Below, one piece after another: positions 37,860 to 48,223 of a stretch of 64,000 nucleotides of DNA (position 1 is the first letter of the stretch; the number at the start of each line of letters is the position of its first letter). The notes under the pieces are model-generated. The model was not told where the DNA came from. It did no database searches and worked only from the letters and a program-made list of their open reading frames with translations. Source of the DNA: Candidatus Aminicenantes bacterium (GTDB lineage: Bacteria; Acidobacteriota; Aminicenantia; Aminicenantales; UBA4085); NCBI GenBank assembly GCA_026393855.1, contig JAPKZJ010000071.1:12567-76566 (forward strand). Direction: 5' to 3'. Both the position numbers and the translations under genes were made by a program.

Positions 37860-38987
37860 TCACTCCAACCGTTTCTTGAAGCGGGCGATGCTCAAGGCCA
37901 GCACGACCGCGCCGAAGACGGCCATGGCCGCGGCCTCGTCCCACAGCTCCGCCCAACCCGATCCCTTGAGGAAGATGCCGCGGATGACCGAGAAGAAATA
38001 CTTGATCGGGACGACCGTGGTCACGGCCCGGAAGAAGCCGGGCATGGTCTCGATGGGAAAGACGAAGTTCGACAGCAGGATCATCGGGATCATGAAGAAG
38101 ACAGCCGTCAGCATGGCTTGTTGCTGGTTGCGGGAGATGGTCGAGATAAACAGGCCCAGGCTTAGGGTCGTCAGCATGAAGATGAGGCTCATGCCGCCAA
38201 GAAGCAGACCGCTCCCCCGGAGCGGGATATGGAATCCGAACACCACCAGGCTGGTCACCAAGACGACTTCAACGACTCCGATGAACAAGAACGGCAGGAG
38301 CTTGCCCAGGATGATCTGACCGGGACGGATCGGGGTCACAATGAGCTGCTCCAGGGTGCCCGTCTCTTTCTCCCGGACAATCCCCATCGAGCTCAGCATC
38401 ATGGTCATGATCATCAGAATCAATCCCAGGACCCCGGGCACGAGGAAGTTGCGGCTTTTCAAGTCGGGATTGTAGAAGACTCGGACCTCCGGCGTGATCA
38501 GCACCGGCTGCAGACGGGCACCGCGCAGGCGGACGAAAGTCTCCACAAGCAGGGATTGGGAGAATCGGGACGTGATCATGGCGGCGTAGTTGAGTCCGAT
38601 GGTCGCCGATTGGCTCTCCGTGCCGTCGGCGATGATCTGGGCTACGGCCCCCCGACCAGCCAGGAGCCGCTCGCCGAAGCCGCGGGGGATGATCATGGCC
38701 ATGGCGGCATCGCCGCGGTCGATCCGGACATCGATCTGATCGGGCCTTTCAACGTCTTCCAGCCGCGAGAAATAGCCGGAGTGGAAGAACGCGTCCAGAT
38801 AGGAGCGGCTCTGCGGCGTCCGGTCCTGGTCGCAGACGACCGAGGGGATGTCCCGCACGTCCATGTTCACGGCGTAACCCAGCAGCAGCAATTGGAGGAT
38901 AGGCGAAATAAAGAGGATAGGCGCCATTCGCTTGTCGCGGCGGAGCTGGATGAACTCCTTCTTCAGCACGGCCAGGATGGCTTTCAT
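37860..38987 (-). CDS. ABC-2 type transporter permease (YbhR-like)
   Basis: KEFIQLRRD, VFYNP, IVREKETGTLEQLIVTP and FPIETMP. Confidence 0.92.
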   Translation of the reverse strand: MKAILAVLKKEFIQLRRDKRMAPILFISPILQLLLLGYAVNMDVRDIPSVVCDQDRTPQSRSYLDAFFHSGYFSRLEDVERPDQIDVRIDRGDAAMAMIIPRGFGERLLAGRGAVAQIIADGTESQSATIGLNYAAMITSRFSQSLLVETFVRLRGARLQPVLITPEVRVFYNPDLKSRNFLVPGVLGLILMIMTMMLSSMGIVREKETGTLEQLIVTPIRPGQIILGKLLPFLFIGVVEVVLVTSLVVFGFHIPLRGSGLLLGGMSLIFMLTTLSLGLFISTISRNQQQAMLTAVFFMIPMILLSNFVFPIETMPGFFRAVTTVVPIKYFFSVIRGIFLKGSGWAELWDEAAAMAVFGAVVLALSIARFKKRLE

Positions 38988-40171
38988 CGCGCCCTCCCCT
39001 TGACCCGCTCCTCACCCGAGGTCCGGCGCAGGCGGGCCGTGCTGACGACGATGGTCAGGATCGCGAACGCCGCCAGGAAGAGCATCTGGTCCCAAAAGGC
39101 CGCAATCCCGACCCCCTTGATCATAAGGTCCCGCAGGGCGGACAGAAAATAGCGGGCCGGGACGAGGGCGCTCACGGCCCGGATGATCCCCGGCATGTTG
39201 CGGATCGGAAAGACAAAGCCCGACAGGATGAAAGTCGGCAGGAAAGTGGTCAAGATCGAGATCATGAACGCCACCTGCTGGGTCCGGGTCACGGTCGATA
39301 TGAGGATGCCCTGGCCCAGTCCGCCCAACAGGAACAGCCCCATGACCAACAGGAGAAGCGGGTAGCTGCCCCGGATGGGGACGCCGAACAAGATCCAGCC
39401 CAGGCCCAGGACTAGATGGGCCGAGAGAAGCGAGATCAGAACGTAAGGAACGGTCTTGCCGACGATCAGGGCGAAGGGCCGGACAGGCGAGACGAGAATC
39501 TGCTCCATGGTCCCCCGCTCCTTCTCCCGAACGATGGAGAACGCGGTCGAGATGACTACGATGATCATGAGGATAAAGGCCATCAGCCCCGGGACGAGAA
39601 AGAGGGCGCTGCGCAGTTCCGGGTTGTACCAGACCCGGACCTCGGCCTGAACGGGAAGCGCAGGGCCGCGAAAGCCACGCCCATCCAGGACTCGGGTCGT
39701 CATCCGGATCGAAGCACCCTGGACGATGGCAGCGATATAGCCGGCCGCCGTCCCCGCGCTGGTGGCGTTCGTGCCGTCCAGGAGGACCTGGATCTCCGCT
39801 CCGCCGGCCGAGGCCAGATCCTCGGCGAACCCGCGCGGAACGACGACAGCGACCCGGGCCTTGTCGAGCCCGAACAGGCCGTCCACCTGGCGAGGATCGT
39901 CCAGGCGGAATCGGATGTCGAAGTATTCCGTCGTCCCCAGCCGCTCCAGGAAATCCCGGCTCTCCGGGCTCCTGTCTTGGTCGCAGACGGCCATCGGGAT
40001 GTGCTTGAAGTCGAAATTCAGGGCATAGCCGTACATCAGCAGCAGGAAACCGGGCAGGGCCAGGAGGAAGATGAGGGTCCGCGGATCGCGGCGGATCTGC
40101 CTGAACTCCTTGCGGATGATGGGCCGAATGGAGGAGAACCCGGCCGCGAGTCCAAGCCGCCGCGCCCTCAC
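38984..40171 (-). CDS. ABC-2 type transporter permease (YbhS-like)
   Basis: RKEFRQIRRDPR, VWYNPEL, IVREKERGTMEQ and SGFVFPIRNMP. GTGA overlap with the upstream stop. Confidence 0.92.
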   Translation of the reverse strand: MRARRLGLAAGFSSIRPIIRKEFRQIRRDPRTLIFLLALPGFLLLMYGYALNFDFKHIPMAVCDQDRSPESRDFLERLGTTEYFDIRFRLDDPRQVDGLFGLDKARVAVVVPRGFAEDLASAGGAEIQVLLDGTNATSAGTAAGYIAAIVQGASIRMTTRVLDGRGFRGPALPVQAEVRVWYNPELRSALFLVPGLMAFILMIIVVISTAFSIVREKERGTMEQILVSPVRPFALIVGKTVPYVLISLLSAHLVLGLGWILFGVPIRGSYPLLLLVMGLFLLGGLGQGILISTVTRTQQVAFMISILTTFLPTFILSGFVFPIRNMPGIIRAVSALVPARYFLSALRDLMIKGVGIAAFWDQMLFLAAFAILTIVVSTARLRRTSGEERVKGRAR

Positions 40172-41112
40172 CGGCCCGCCTCCCGGTCGCTGTCCTCGAT
40201 GCGGCGCAGAAAGACGTCCTCGAGTGAAGGAACGATGCGGTCGGCTCGCCGCAGCGCAATGCCGGCCTCCGCCAACCGGGCCGCGAGCCGCCGCCGCCCC
40301 TCCTCCTCGTCGGCGACCCCGACGTGCAGAAGGACGCCGAAGATCGAGATGTCGCGGACCCAAGGCTCCCGACGAAAAAGATCGAGAGCTTCGACGACCC
40401 GATCACATTCGACTTCCAGTATCGGATTGCGAATGGTGGCCGCCTTGAGTGCCGAGGGGCTGCCCGCGCCGACGATCCGGCCGGCATGGATGAGGCGGAT
40501 GTCGTTGCACGATTCGGCTTCGTCGAGATAATGGGTGGTGACGAAGATCGTAACGCCGGCTTCCGACAGCCGGTTGATGAGGTCCCAGAAGGCCCGCCGC
40601 GACACGGGATCGACACCGCCCGTCGGCTCGTCCAGAAAGACGATCCCCGGCTCATGCAGAACGGCGCAGCCAAGGGCCAGGCGCTGCCGCCAGCCTTGGG
40701 ACAGATGCCGGGTCAGGCTTCGCTCGCGACCTTTCAGGCCGGCCATCGCCAGGACCCAAGCCAGGCGTGCTTGCAGGGCCGCGGAGGCCATTCCGTAAAC
40801 GCCGCCGAAGAAGAGAATATTTTCCTCGACGGTCAGATCCTCATAGAGCGAGAATCGTTGCGACATGTAACCGATCGAGCGCTTGACCATTTCCGGGGCT
40901 CGGCGGATGTCATGGCCCGCCACCAGGGCCGTCCCCGAGGTCGGCTCGAGCAGGCCGCAGAGCATCCGGATGGTCGTCGATTTGCCGGCCCCATTGGCCC
41001 CGAGGAAGCCAAAGATATCCCCCCGCCGGACATCGAAGCTGATGGAGTCGACGGCGAGAAAGTCACCGAACCTCTTGCTTAGGTTCCGGACCTCGATCGC
41101 ACTCGTCGCCAT
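40168..41112 (-). CDS. ABC transporter ATP-binding protein
   Basis: GANGAGKS, LDEPTGGVD and TTHYLDEAE. Start 41112 follows GGAGG; 41130 is an alternative. Confidence 0.92.
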   Translation of the reverse strand: MATSAIEVRNLSKRFGDFLAVDSISFDVRRGDIFGFLGANGAGKSTTIRMLCGLLEPTSGTALVAGHDIRRAPEMVKRSIGYMSQRFSLYEDLTVEENILFFGGVYGMASAALQARLAWVLAMAGLKGRERSLTRHLSQGWRQRLALGCAVLHEPGIVFLDEPTGGVDPVSRRAFWDLINRLSEAGVTIFVTTHYLDEAESCNDIRLIHAGRIVGAGSPSALKAATIRNPILEVECDRVVEALDLFRREPWVRDISIFGVLLHVGVADEEEGRRRLAARLAEAGIALRRADRIVPSLEDVFLRRIEDSDREAGR

Positions 41113-41126
41113 CCCCTTGCCTCCGC

Positions 41127-42494
41127 TCATGCCGCCGTCGCGCGGCGCAGCCGGGTCCTGGCCAGTTCGAGATCGATCAACGCCTGCGTCCGGCTGGTCT
41201 TGGCCTGCAGGACGAAGAGCTCGGCATCGAGGACATCGGAGCTCAGGGCGACGCCGTCTTTGAATCGATCGCCGGTGACGCGAAAATTCTCCTCGGCCTG
41301 GGCCGCGGCCGCGTCGGCGGCGGTGATTCTCTCCCGGGCTTGGCGGACAGCCAACCAGGCTTGGGTGACCTCGAGCGCGATCTGTTCGTTCAGGATCCCC
41401 AACGCGTCGCGGGCCTGAGTCCGCTGCGCCTCGGCCTGCTTCGTCTGCAAACCGGTTTGGTTGCCGTTCCAAAGATCGTACGAGACGGTCAAGCCTAGGT
41501 CCCAAGTTCCGTAGAACTTGTCTTCCGTGGGCAGAAGCCTCGGATTCGGCCGCAAGAGGTGATAGTTGCCGCCGACGAAGACTTGCGGGAGAAGGCCCGC
41601 CCGGGCCATGGCGACACTGGCTTCGGCCGCCTGGACGCGCAGGCCCATGGCTTTAAGCTCGGGCCGGCCGGCCAGGGCCCGGGCCATGAGCTCGTCCAGC
41701 GTCGTTCCTCCCTCGATCCCGTCGCCGACACCCAGGGCGATGTCGCAGACGCCGGTCCGGAGGTCGAACTCCGTAATGAGCGGCAAACCGAGCAGGCTGG
41801 CCAGGAAGACTTGCGAGGATTGAACGCCGGTCTTCCCCTCAACGAGTAGAAGGTCCGCGCCGGCCAGTTGGGCCTGGACCTTGAGGACATCGTTGCGGGT
41901 CGCCAGTCCCTGCGCCAGAAGGTTGGATACGTTCTTTAAGTGGGCCTCGAGGCGGCTCCGGTTCTCGCTAGCCACAGCCAGCATCTCCGAGGCCCGGAAA
42001 GCGGTCCAGTAGGCCGTCCGCGCCCCCGCCTCGACGTCGGCTTTGTCCTTGAGCCCGTCCTGGGTCGAGGCCTGTTCGGCCAGGCGCGAGGCCTCGGCCG
42101 CCTTTTTCAGCCGGAAGCCGGTGAAAACGGGCTGCTGCACGCTCAGCCGGACCGTGTAGTTGTTGAAGTAGACAGGCGAAACGACGAACTTGGAGGCTAC
42201 GGGAAACGGCAGGCTTGAGAGGAACGGCAGGCTGATCTCGAAAGGCGGGACTTCGCTCAACCGGGTATAGCCACCAGAGAAGCGCAGGGCCGGCAGGCGG
42301 GCCGCCGCGACTTCGCGGGTCCGGGCCGCCGCCTCGTCCGTCCGGGCCCGGGCGGCATCCAGCCCCAGGCTGTGGGCGACGGCTAGAGAGACCGCGTCCT
42401 CGACCGTCAGGGCTTTCCGCTCGGCTGCCGCGGCGGCCAGACAAGCGGCGATCGCCAGCGCGGCGGCAAAGGCCGTCCGTTTAGTTGATTTCAT
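41127..42494 (-). CDS. TolC family outer membrane efflux protein
   Basis: Signal peptide; two OEP repeats (AARLPALRFSG, AGLLPQVFVGG, RFKDGVALSSDVLDA). Confidence 0.9.
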   Translation of the reverse strand: MKSTKRTAFAAALAIAACLAAAAAERKALTVEDAVSLAVAHSLGLDAARARTDEAAARTREVAAARLPALRFSGGYTRLSEVPPFEISLPFLSSLPFPVASKFVVSPVYFNNYTVRLSVQQPVFTGFRLKKAAEASRLAEQASTQDGLKDKADVEAGARTAYWTAFRASEMLAVASENRSRLEAHLKNVSNLLAQGLATRNDVLKVQAQLAGADLLLVEGKTGVQSSQVFLASLLGLPLITEFDLRTGVCDIALGVGDGIEGGTTLDELMARALAGRPELKAMGLRVQAAEASVAMARAGLLPQVFVGGNYHLLRPNPRLLPTEDKFYGTWDLGLTVSYDLWNGNQTGLQTKQAEAQRTQARDALGILNEQIALEVTQAWLAVRQARERITAADAAAAQAEENFRVTGDRFKDGVALSSDVLDAELFVLQAKTSRTQALIDLELARTRLRRATAA

Positions 42495-43440
42495 GCTCGT
42501 TCTCCTGCCCGCCGCCCCGGGTAACGGCGATGAACACGTTTTCCAGGGAAGGCGGGATGACGCGCCAGCCGCGGATCTCGATGCCGGCCGCGGCTAAAGC
42601 GGCGGCGGCAATCGGGCGGGCCCGCTCAGCCGAGGCCGCAACGACGTGGATACGGTCGCCGAAAATCTGGACCCCGTCGAATTCGGGGTGCTCCTTGAGA
42701 AGGAAATAGGCTCGGCGGGTTTCGGAACAGACGAGCTCGGCCACCTGACCCGGCATCAGGGCCTTGACGGCTTGGGGCGTGTCCGCAGCGACAAGGCGGC
42801 CTCGGTCGAGCAATCCGACCTGTGAGGATCGCTCGGCCTCATCCAAATAGGGGGTCGTCATAAGAATGGTGATGCCCGTTCGGAGCAGGTCGGAGAGAAT
42901 CGTCCAAAACTCTCGCCGCGAGACGGGATCGACGCCGGTCGTCGGCTCGTCCAAGAGTAAAAGCCGGGGCTGATGGATGAGCGTGCAAGCCAGGCCCAGC
43001 TTTTGCCGCATGCCTCCGGACAGCCGGTCGGCCAGGCGTGTTCGGAAAGGGGCTAGCCGGGTAAAAGCCAGCAGCTCCTCGCGCCGGGATCGGTAATCGC
43101 GCTGACTATGGATCTCGGCAAAGAATTCGATGTTCTCGTCCACGGTCAGATCGCCATAGAGGCTGAAGCGCTGGGAAAGGTAGCCGATCCGGCTCTTAGC
43201 CGCCCCATCCGCTTGGGCGATATCGCCGCCGAGGACGACGGCCCGCCCGGATGTCGGCCGAAGGATGCCGCAGAGCATGCGGATCAGGGTGGTCTTTCCG
43301 GCCCCGTCGGGGCCGACCAGGCTGAACATCTCCCCTTCCCGGATCCGCAGATCGACCGAGCGGACCGCCTCCAAGCCGTCGAACGACTTCGACAGGGATT
43401 TGGTCTCGATCGCCCATCCGGCCATGGCGGCTCCGCTCAA
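42481..43440 (-). CDS. ABC transporter ATP-binding protein
   Basis: GPDGAGKT, LSGGMRQK and LDEPTTGVD. Confidence 0.92.
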   Translation of the reverse strand: MSGAAMAGWAIETKSLSKSFDGLEAVRSVDLRIREGEMFSLVGPDGAGKTTLIRMLCGILRPTSGRAVVLGGDIAQADGAAKSRIGYLSQRFSLYGDLTVDENIEFFAEIHSQRDYRSRREELLAFTRLAPFRTRLADRLSGGMRQKLGLACTLIHQPRLLLLDEPTTGVDPVSRREFWTILSDLLRTGITILMTTPYLDEAERSSQVGLLDRGRLVAADTPQAVKALMPGQVAELVCSETRRAYFLLKEHPEFDGVQIFGDRIHVVAASAERARPIAAAALAAAGIEIRGWRVIPPSLENVFIAVTRGGGQENEHEIN

Positions 43441-44408
43441 CGGCCCTGATCGGTCAGAACGGCGTCCGCCGGCAGGCCCGGCTTGAGCAGGCCGTCCCGA
43501 TTGTCGATCTCGATCTTGACGCCGAAGACCAGCTTGACGCGGTCCTCGCGGGTCTGGACGTTTTTGGGCGTGAATTCGGCCTCGGGCGAGATGTAGGTGA
43601 TCGTCCCGGGGATTTTCCGCCCGGGGGCGCCGTCGATCGAGATGTCGGCCCGCCCTCCGAGCTTGACGCGGGCCAGCTCGACTTCGGTGACATAGATCAT
43701 CACGTGAACGCGATCCAATTCCGAAACGACGGCCACGGTCGCACCGGCCGCGATGAGCTCGCCCCGCTCGACCGGGACCTGGGTGACGACGCCGGAGACC
43801 GGTGAGACGAGGTCGCAGTCGGCGATCGCCTTGCGCAAAAGGTCGGATGCCGCCTGGGCTTGATCCAGGCGGGCCCGGGCGGCCCGAAGCTCCTCCGGCC
43901 GGGCCAAAGTCCGAGACTTTTTAAGGGCCTCGGCCGCGGCTGATGTTTGGGCCCGGGTTACGATCAGGCGGGACGCCGCATCCTCGGCTTGCTTGGCCGT
44001 GACGCTGCCCTTGGCCGCCAGATCGCGCATGCGGCGGTCGTCCTCCTCGGCCGTCTTGAGGACGGACTCGGCTTGGCGAAAAGCCTCTTCGACCTGCCGG
44101 ATGTCTTCGGCCCGGGCTCCGGACTTGAGCAGATCTAACTGGGCCTGGGCCAGGACGGCCCCCGCCTCGGCCTGCCGCAATTGGATATCGAGCCCGGCAT
44201 GGTCGATCGAAGCGATCGGGTCGCCCGGCTTGACGCGATCGCCTTCCTTGACCGGAAGCGCAAGTAGATCGCCCGCGATCTTAGCCGAAAGACGGACTTG
44301 GCGGGCCTCGATAGTCCCCGAAGCGCGAAGCGGCCCATCCGCCGGCCCTCGGACGCAGGCGGCAGCGAGGCAGAGAGGGATGACAGCCGCGAGGAGGCGT
44401 CGGCTCAT
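43437..44408 (-). CDS. HlyD family periplasmic adaptor (YbhG-like), lipoprotein
   Basis: LAAAC lipobox, ASGTIEA, ISPEAEFTPKNVQT and LKPGLPAD. Confidence 0.92.
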   Translation of the reverse strand: MSRRLLAAVIPLCLAAACVRGPADGPLRASGTIEARQVRLSAKIAGDLLALPVKEGDRVKPGDPIASIDHAGLDIQLRQAEAGAVLAQAQLDLLKSGARAEDIRQVEEAFRQAESVLKTAEEDDRRMRDLAAKGSVTAKQAEDAASRLIVTRAQTSAAAEALKKSRTLARPEELRAARARLDQAQAASDLLRKAIADCDLVSPVSGVVTQVPVERGELIAAGATVAVVSELDRVHVMIYVTEVELARVKLGGRADISIDGAPGRKIPGTITYISPEAEFTPKNVQTREDRVKLVFGVKIEIDNRDGLLKPGLPADAVLTDQGR

Positions 44409-45052
44409 GATCGACCGTCCTTTGCCGGCGGAATGGAGCGCGGGAGCCGGCGGGAGAATTCCGAGCGGCCTCGATTCGTCAAGAGGCCTTGGAAAAAGAC
44501 CTGGAGGATCGCCCCGAACAGATCGGAAGCGGGGCGGCCGTAGCGCAGGATGGCGTCCGGGTTGAGATAGCGCTCGACGAGGCCGATATACATATCCAAA
44601 ACGAGGTCGATGTCGACGTCGCCGCGGAAGACGCCGTCGTCGATGCCTCCCCGCAAGACGAGCGAGAAATTAGCCCGCAGCTTCTCGCGGCGGAAGGCGT
44701 CGATAGCCGTCCAGATATGGGGCGCGCTACGGCGCAGATCGTCCAGGAAGAGCGGGCTGATCGAGGCAAACAGCGTCCCTATGGTGGCCATCAGGGCCGA
44801 GACCCGCTCGACGAAACCGGCCTTGCGGTCCGAAGCGGCGGCCTCGATGCGAGTCATCGTCTCGCCGATCGTACGCCGGACGACCGCCAGGAGAAGGTCC
44901 TCCTTGCCGGCGAAGACGGTATACAGGGTGGCTTTCCCGATCCCCAGCCGGGAGGCGATCTCGTCCATCGTCACCCGGTTGAAGCCGGAGCGGAAGAAGA
45001 GGCCCCGGGCCGTTTCGACGATCCGGTCGCGAAACGGGTCGGCGGGGCCCAC
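44405..45052 (-). CDS. TetR/AcrR family transcriptional regulator
   Basis: VTMDEIASRLGIGKATLYTVFAGKEDL helix-turn-helix. GTG 45052 follows a purine-rich RBS; GTG 45100 is an alternative start. Confidence 0.92.
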   Translation of the reverse strand: MGPADPFRDRIVETARGLFFRSGFNRVTMDEIASRLGIGKATLYTVFAGKEDLLLAVVRRTIGETMTRIEAAASDRKAGFVERVSALMATIGTLFASISPLFLDDLRRSAPHIWTAIDAFRREKLRANFSLVLRGGIDDGVFRGDVDIDLVLDMYIGLVERYLNPDAILRYGRPASDLFGAILQVFFQGLLTNRGRSEFSRRLPRSIPPAKDGRS

Positions 45053-45156
45053 TTTCTTCCCTTCCGGATCTAATACTTTAAAAACTTTCGAGGTTCTCAC
45101 AGTTCTATGATCGTGCGTGAGGGCGCTCTTGTCAAGTCAGGATTTCAAAGAAACGG

Positions 45157-45843
45157 CTAGCGTCCGGACGAGGCGGCCGGCTCTGCCCCATCCGCGAGGC
45201 AGGATTCGATATGTTCCGCGGCGTCGTCCAGACAGGCGGCGATGTAATCGGCCGGCGAGAAATCGTGGCGTCGCGTATATTCGTTGGGAACGGCGATCAC
45301 ATAGCAGCCGGCCTGCCGGCCGGCCAGGACTCCGTTGCCCGAGTCTTCGAGCACGGCGCAGGCAGCTGGCGGAAGGCCTAGTCTCGCGCAAGTCGAGAGA
45401 AAAATCTCGGGATCGGGCTTCCCCGTGGCGATGTCGTCGGAATCCTGCAGGATGTCGAAGACGCCATCCAAGCGGAGCCTGGCGACGACGATGCGCAGGA
45501 ACTCGCTCTGCGCGCCGGTGGCCACCGCCAGCTTCAGCCGGCCGCGGAATCTCTGCAGGATCCGGCCGAGCCCGGGCATGGCCGCCACCTCGTTGCGCAG
45601 CTTGTCCCGCATCAAGCCATTTCGGATCTCATAGGCCTTCTCGGCCGAGATCGGCAGGCCCGTCTCGCGGACGTAGATCTCCAGGCTCTCGAGCGGCTTA
45701 CGGCCCATCATCTGCCGCAGGGTTTCTTCGCTCACCTCGCGGCCATAAGAGCGGGCCATCTCGTGCTCGGCGGTGAAGTAGAGCCGCTCGCTGTCGATCA
45801 TCAGCCCGTCCATGTCGAAGATCAGGGCGCGGAGGGAGGTCAT
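45157..45843 (-). CDS. HAD superfamily phosphatase (beta-PGM/CbbY-like)
   Basis: IFDMDGLMIDSE, GKPDPEIF and VLEDS.NG. Confidence 0.92.
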   Translation of the reverse strand: MTSLRALIFDMDGLMIDSERLYFTAEHEMARSYGREVSEETLRQMMGRKPLESLEIYVRETGLPISAEKAYEIRNGLMRDKLRNEVAAMPGLGRILQRFRGRLKLAVATGAQSEFLRIVVARLRLDGVFDILQDSDDIATGKPDPEIFLSTCARLGLPPAACAVLEDSGNGVLAGRQAGCYVIAVPNEYTRRHDFSPADYIAACLDDAAEHIESCLADGAEPAASSGR

Positions 45844-45960
45844 GCGCAAATATCCTTTCCGGAAGGTCAAAGCGTCATTGTATCAGGTCGCTCCTCTCTT
45901 GCACATCCACTCACGTTCGATTATCATGAGGTTAATGATCGAAGAGTTGGAGGGTGCCCT

Positions 45961-47031
45961 TTGAAATCACTGCGCGTCGCCCTCATCTACAATTCCTACC
46001 AGGACTCCCAGCCCGGCGAAGCGACCGATCACGGCAGTGTCGACCATCTGCGCTCGATGATCCGCCGCATGGCCCGGGCCATCCGCCGCCTCGGGCATAC
46101 CGTGGAGATCGTTCCGCTGGCCGACGACCTGGCCGCCCTGCAGCGCAAGCTCCGCCGGATTCGGCCCGATGTCGTCTTCAATCAGTACGACGACGTCGTC
46201 CACGGAGCTCTCTACGAAATGCGCGTCGCCGCCTTCATCCGCATGCTGGGCTTTCCCATGACCGGATCGCCCGCCTTGAGCCTGGGATTAAGCCGGGACA
46301 AATTCATGGCCATCAGTCTGCTCAAGGGCGCCGAGATCCCCATCCCGCCCGACACCGCGCTCATCGAGCGCGTATCCCAGATCGAGACGCGCCAATGGCG
46401 CTTCCCGCTGATCATCCACCCGGGCCAGGAGCATGCCGGGATCGGCCTCGATCGCCAATCGGTCGTCGAAACCAAAAAAGCCCTGCGCGAGAAGGTCCGG
46501 GAGGTCATCCGCGAATACAACCAGCCCGTGCTCGTCCAGCGGTTCCTGCCGGGGCGCGAGTTCAACGTCGGTGTCATCGGCGGCCGCCGCCTGCGGATCC
46601 TGCCGCTGGCCGAGGTGGATTATTCCGGATTGCCGGAAAGCATCCCCCCGATCATGTCCTACGCCGCCAAGTGGATTTCAACTTCGGTCGAGTATAAGCG
46701 GACTCGGGTCATCTGCCCGGCCAAGGTCGATCCATCCTTGGCCGCCCGCATCGGCGAGGTCGCAGCCAAAGGCTTCCGGACCATCGGCGGATGGGGCTAC
46801 GGGCGGGTCGACATGCGGCTTGACGAAAACGGGGAGCCGCGCGTGCTCGAGGTCAACTGCAATCCTTGCCTGGACGACGGCATGGGTTTGGCCCGAGCGG
46901 CCAAGCGGGCCGGCATCTCCTACTCCGAGCTTCTGGGATTGGTCATTAAGACCGCTTTCGATCCCCCGCCCTTCGACCTGAACCTGCCGATCTTCACCCT
47001 CAAGCCGAAGCCCCTGCCCAGGGGCAAATAG
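45961..47031 (+). CDS. ATP-grasp ligase, D-Ala-D-Ala ligase-like
   Basis: TTG after GGAGGG; DVVFN, MTGS, RDK, GREFNVGVIG, YAAKW, YGRVDMR and LEVNCNP. Confidence 0.85.
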   Translation: MKSLRVALIYNSYQDSQPGEATDHGSVDHLRSMIRRMARAIRRLGHTVEIVPLADDLAALQRKLRRIRPDVVFNQYDDVVHGALYEMRVAAFIRMLGFPMTGSPALSLGLSRDKFMAISLLKGAEIPIPPDTALIERVSQIETRQWRFPLIIHPGQEHAGIGLDRQSVVETKKALREKVREVIREYNQPVLVQRFLPGREFNVGVIGGRRLRILPLAEVDYSGLPESIPPIMSYAAKWISTSVEYKRTRVICPAKVDPSLAARIGEVAAKGFRTIGGWGYGRVDMRLDENGEPRVLEVNCNPCLDDGMGLARAAKRAGISYSELLGLVIKTAFDPPPFDLNLPIFTLKPKPLPRGK

Positions 47032-47040
47032 GTTTCGGCC

Positions 47041-48078
47041 TCAACCGGTCAGGCGGCCGGTGTAGGCATAATCCATGGCCATGGCAGTTGCCAGCGAGAC
47101 GATGTCGAGCAGCTTTTCTTCGGCCCGCCGGGGACGATAATGCAGCCCCAAGACGCGAGCCCGGGACTCCAGCTTTCGCAGGATCGCCTCCCCCGACACC
47201 TCGGAGAGATTGGACCAGCGCACCACCCTACCGATGAGATGGTCGTGATGTTTTCGGAAAAGGTCCGCGGCAGGCCACAGGACTTCCCCTCGTAGAGGGG
47301 GGAAGACTTCGCGCAGCCGGTCATCGACGTAGCCGCGGGCGGCGCGGCGCAGTCGCTCAGCCCTTTTGCCGTAATGATCGGCCAGGGGATAAGTCATCCG
47401 CTCGATCGGTTTGAAGGTCCGGCCGCGATCAGCGAAGGGAGCCTCGTCCCGGATGCTCCGCATCAGGCCGTCGAGAAAGACGAGCTTGCGGTAAGCAGGC
47501 CAGAACCGGTAGCGCCGCCGCCACTCCCCCCGCGGCGTCAGCCAGACTGCAAAGGTTTCCGCGAAGTCCTCGTCGGGATGCTTCTGGGCGTATGTCCGGC
47601 CGTAGGGATAGGCGTCGATATGGCGGACGAATTCGCGGCTCGTCCGATCGGGGCGGAAGATGTCACGGTAAGGCCGGTGGAACACCCCGAAGTTCTCGAC
47701 CCAGCCGGGCCGCTTCCATAGCCGGTAAGCGTAGTTGACGGCGTGGCCGGCCTCGTGTCGGAGGAACATCATGATGCCGGGGCCGTCCTCCAGTTCCCCG
47801 TTCTGCTCCTCCTCGATCCGAGATAACCGGGGATCGGCCAGATAGAACGGGGCGCCGATAACCGGCGATCGGTCGGGACAGCCCCATCCGTCGGTCAGAT
47901 AGACTTGAGGGCGGAACGGAATCTTCTTGGCCTGAAGCTCGCGGTAGAGGCGCTGAACGGGCTTATCCAAGGGCGAACCTTCGACCCGCAGGCCGAGATC
48001 GGAGATCCGGGTGTTGAACAGCTCGCAACGGACCGTTTCCCAGCCCTGGACGAGCGATAGGACCGTTTTATCCGTCAC
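47041..48078 (-). CDS. Putative zinc-binding metallopeptidase
   Basis: PFYLADPRL, LRHEAGHA (HExxH) and YAQKHPDEDFAETFAVWL. RBS GGAGGAGG. Confidence 0.82.
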   Translation of the reverse strand: MTDKTVLSLVQGWETVRCELFNTRISDLGLRVEGSPLDKPVQRLYRELQAKKIPFRPQVYLTDGWGCPDRSPVIGAPFYLADPRLSRIEEEQNGELEDGPGIMMFLRHEAGHAVNYAYRLWKRPGWVENFGVFHRPYRDIFRPDRTSREFVRHIDAYPYGRTYAQKHPDEDFAETFAVWLTPRGEWRRRYRFWPAYRKLVFLDGLMRSIRDEAPFADRGRTFKPIERMTYPLADHYGKRAERLRRAARGYVDDRLREVFPPLRGEVLWPAADLFRKHHDHLIGRVVRWSNLSEVSGEAILRKLESRARVLGLHYRPRRAEEKLLDIVSLATAMAMDYAYTGRLTG

Positions 48079-48223
48079 TCCGCTTGCCTCCTCCGCCTTG
48101 GGCGGCGAGGGCCATTATATGGGAACCCGGACGATATGTCACTCCCGGCCCCCGTCCGGCCTTCGACCTTGTCTAAGTCCTCCCCCTGTGCTACTTATGG
48201 AACCGTTGGAAGGAGGAAGCCCC

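Noticed and set aside
37860..45100. Efflux operon as a novel system
   Set aside because: It matches the common TetR plus YbhG/F/S/R-type ABC exporter with TolC.
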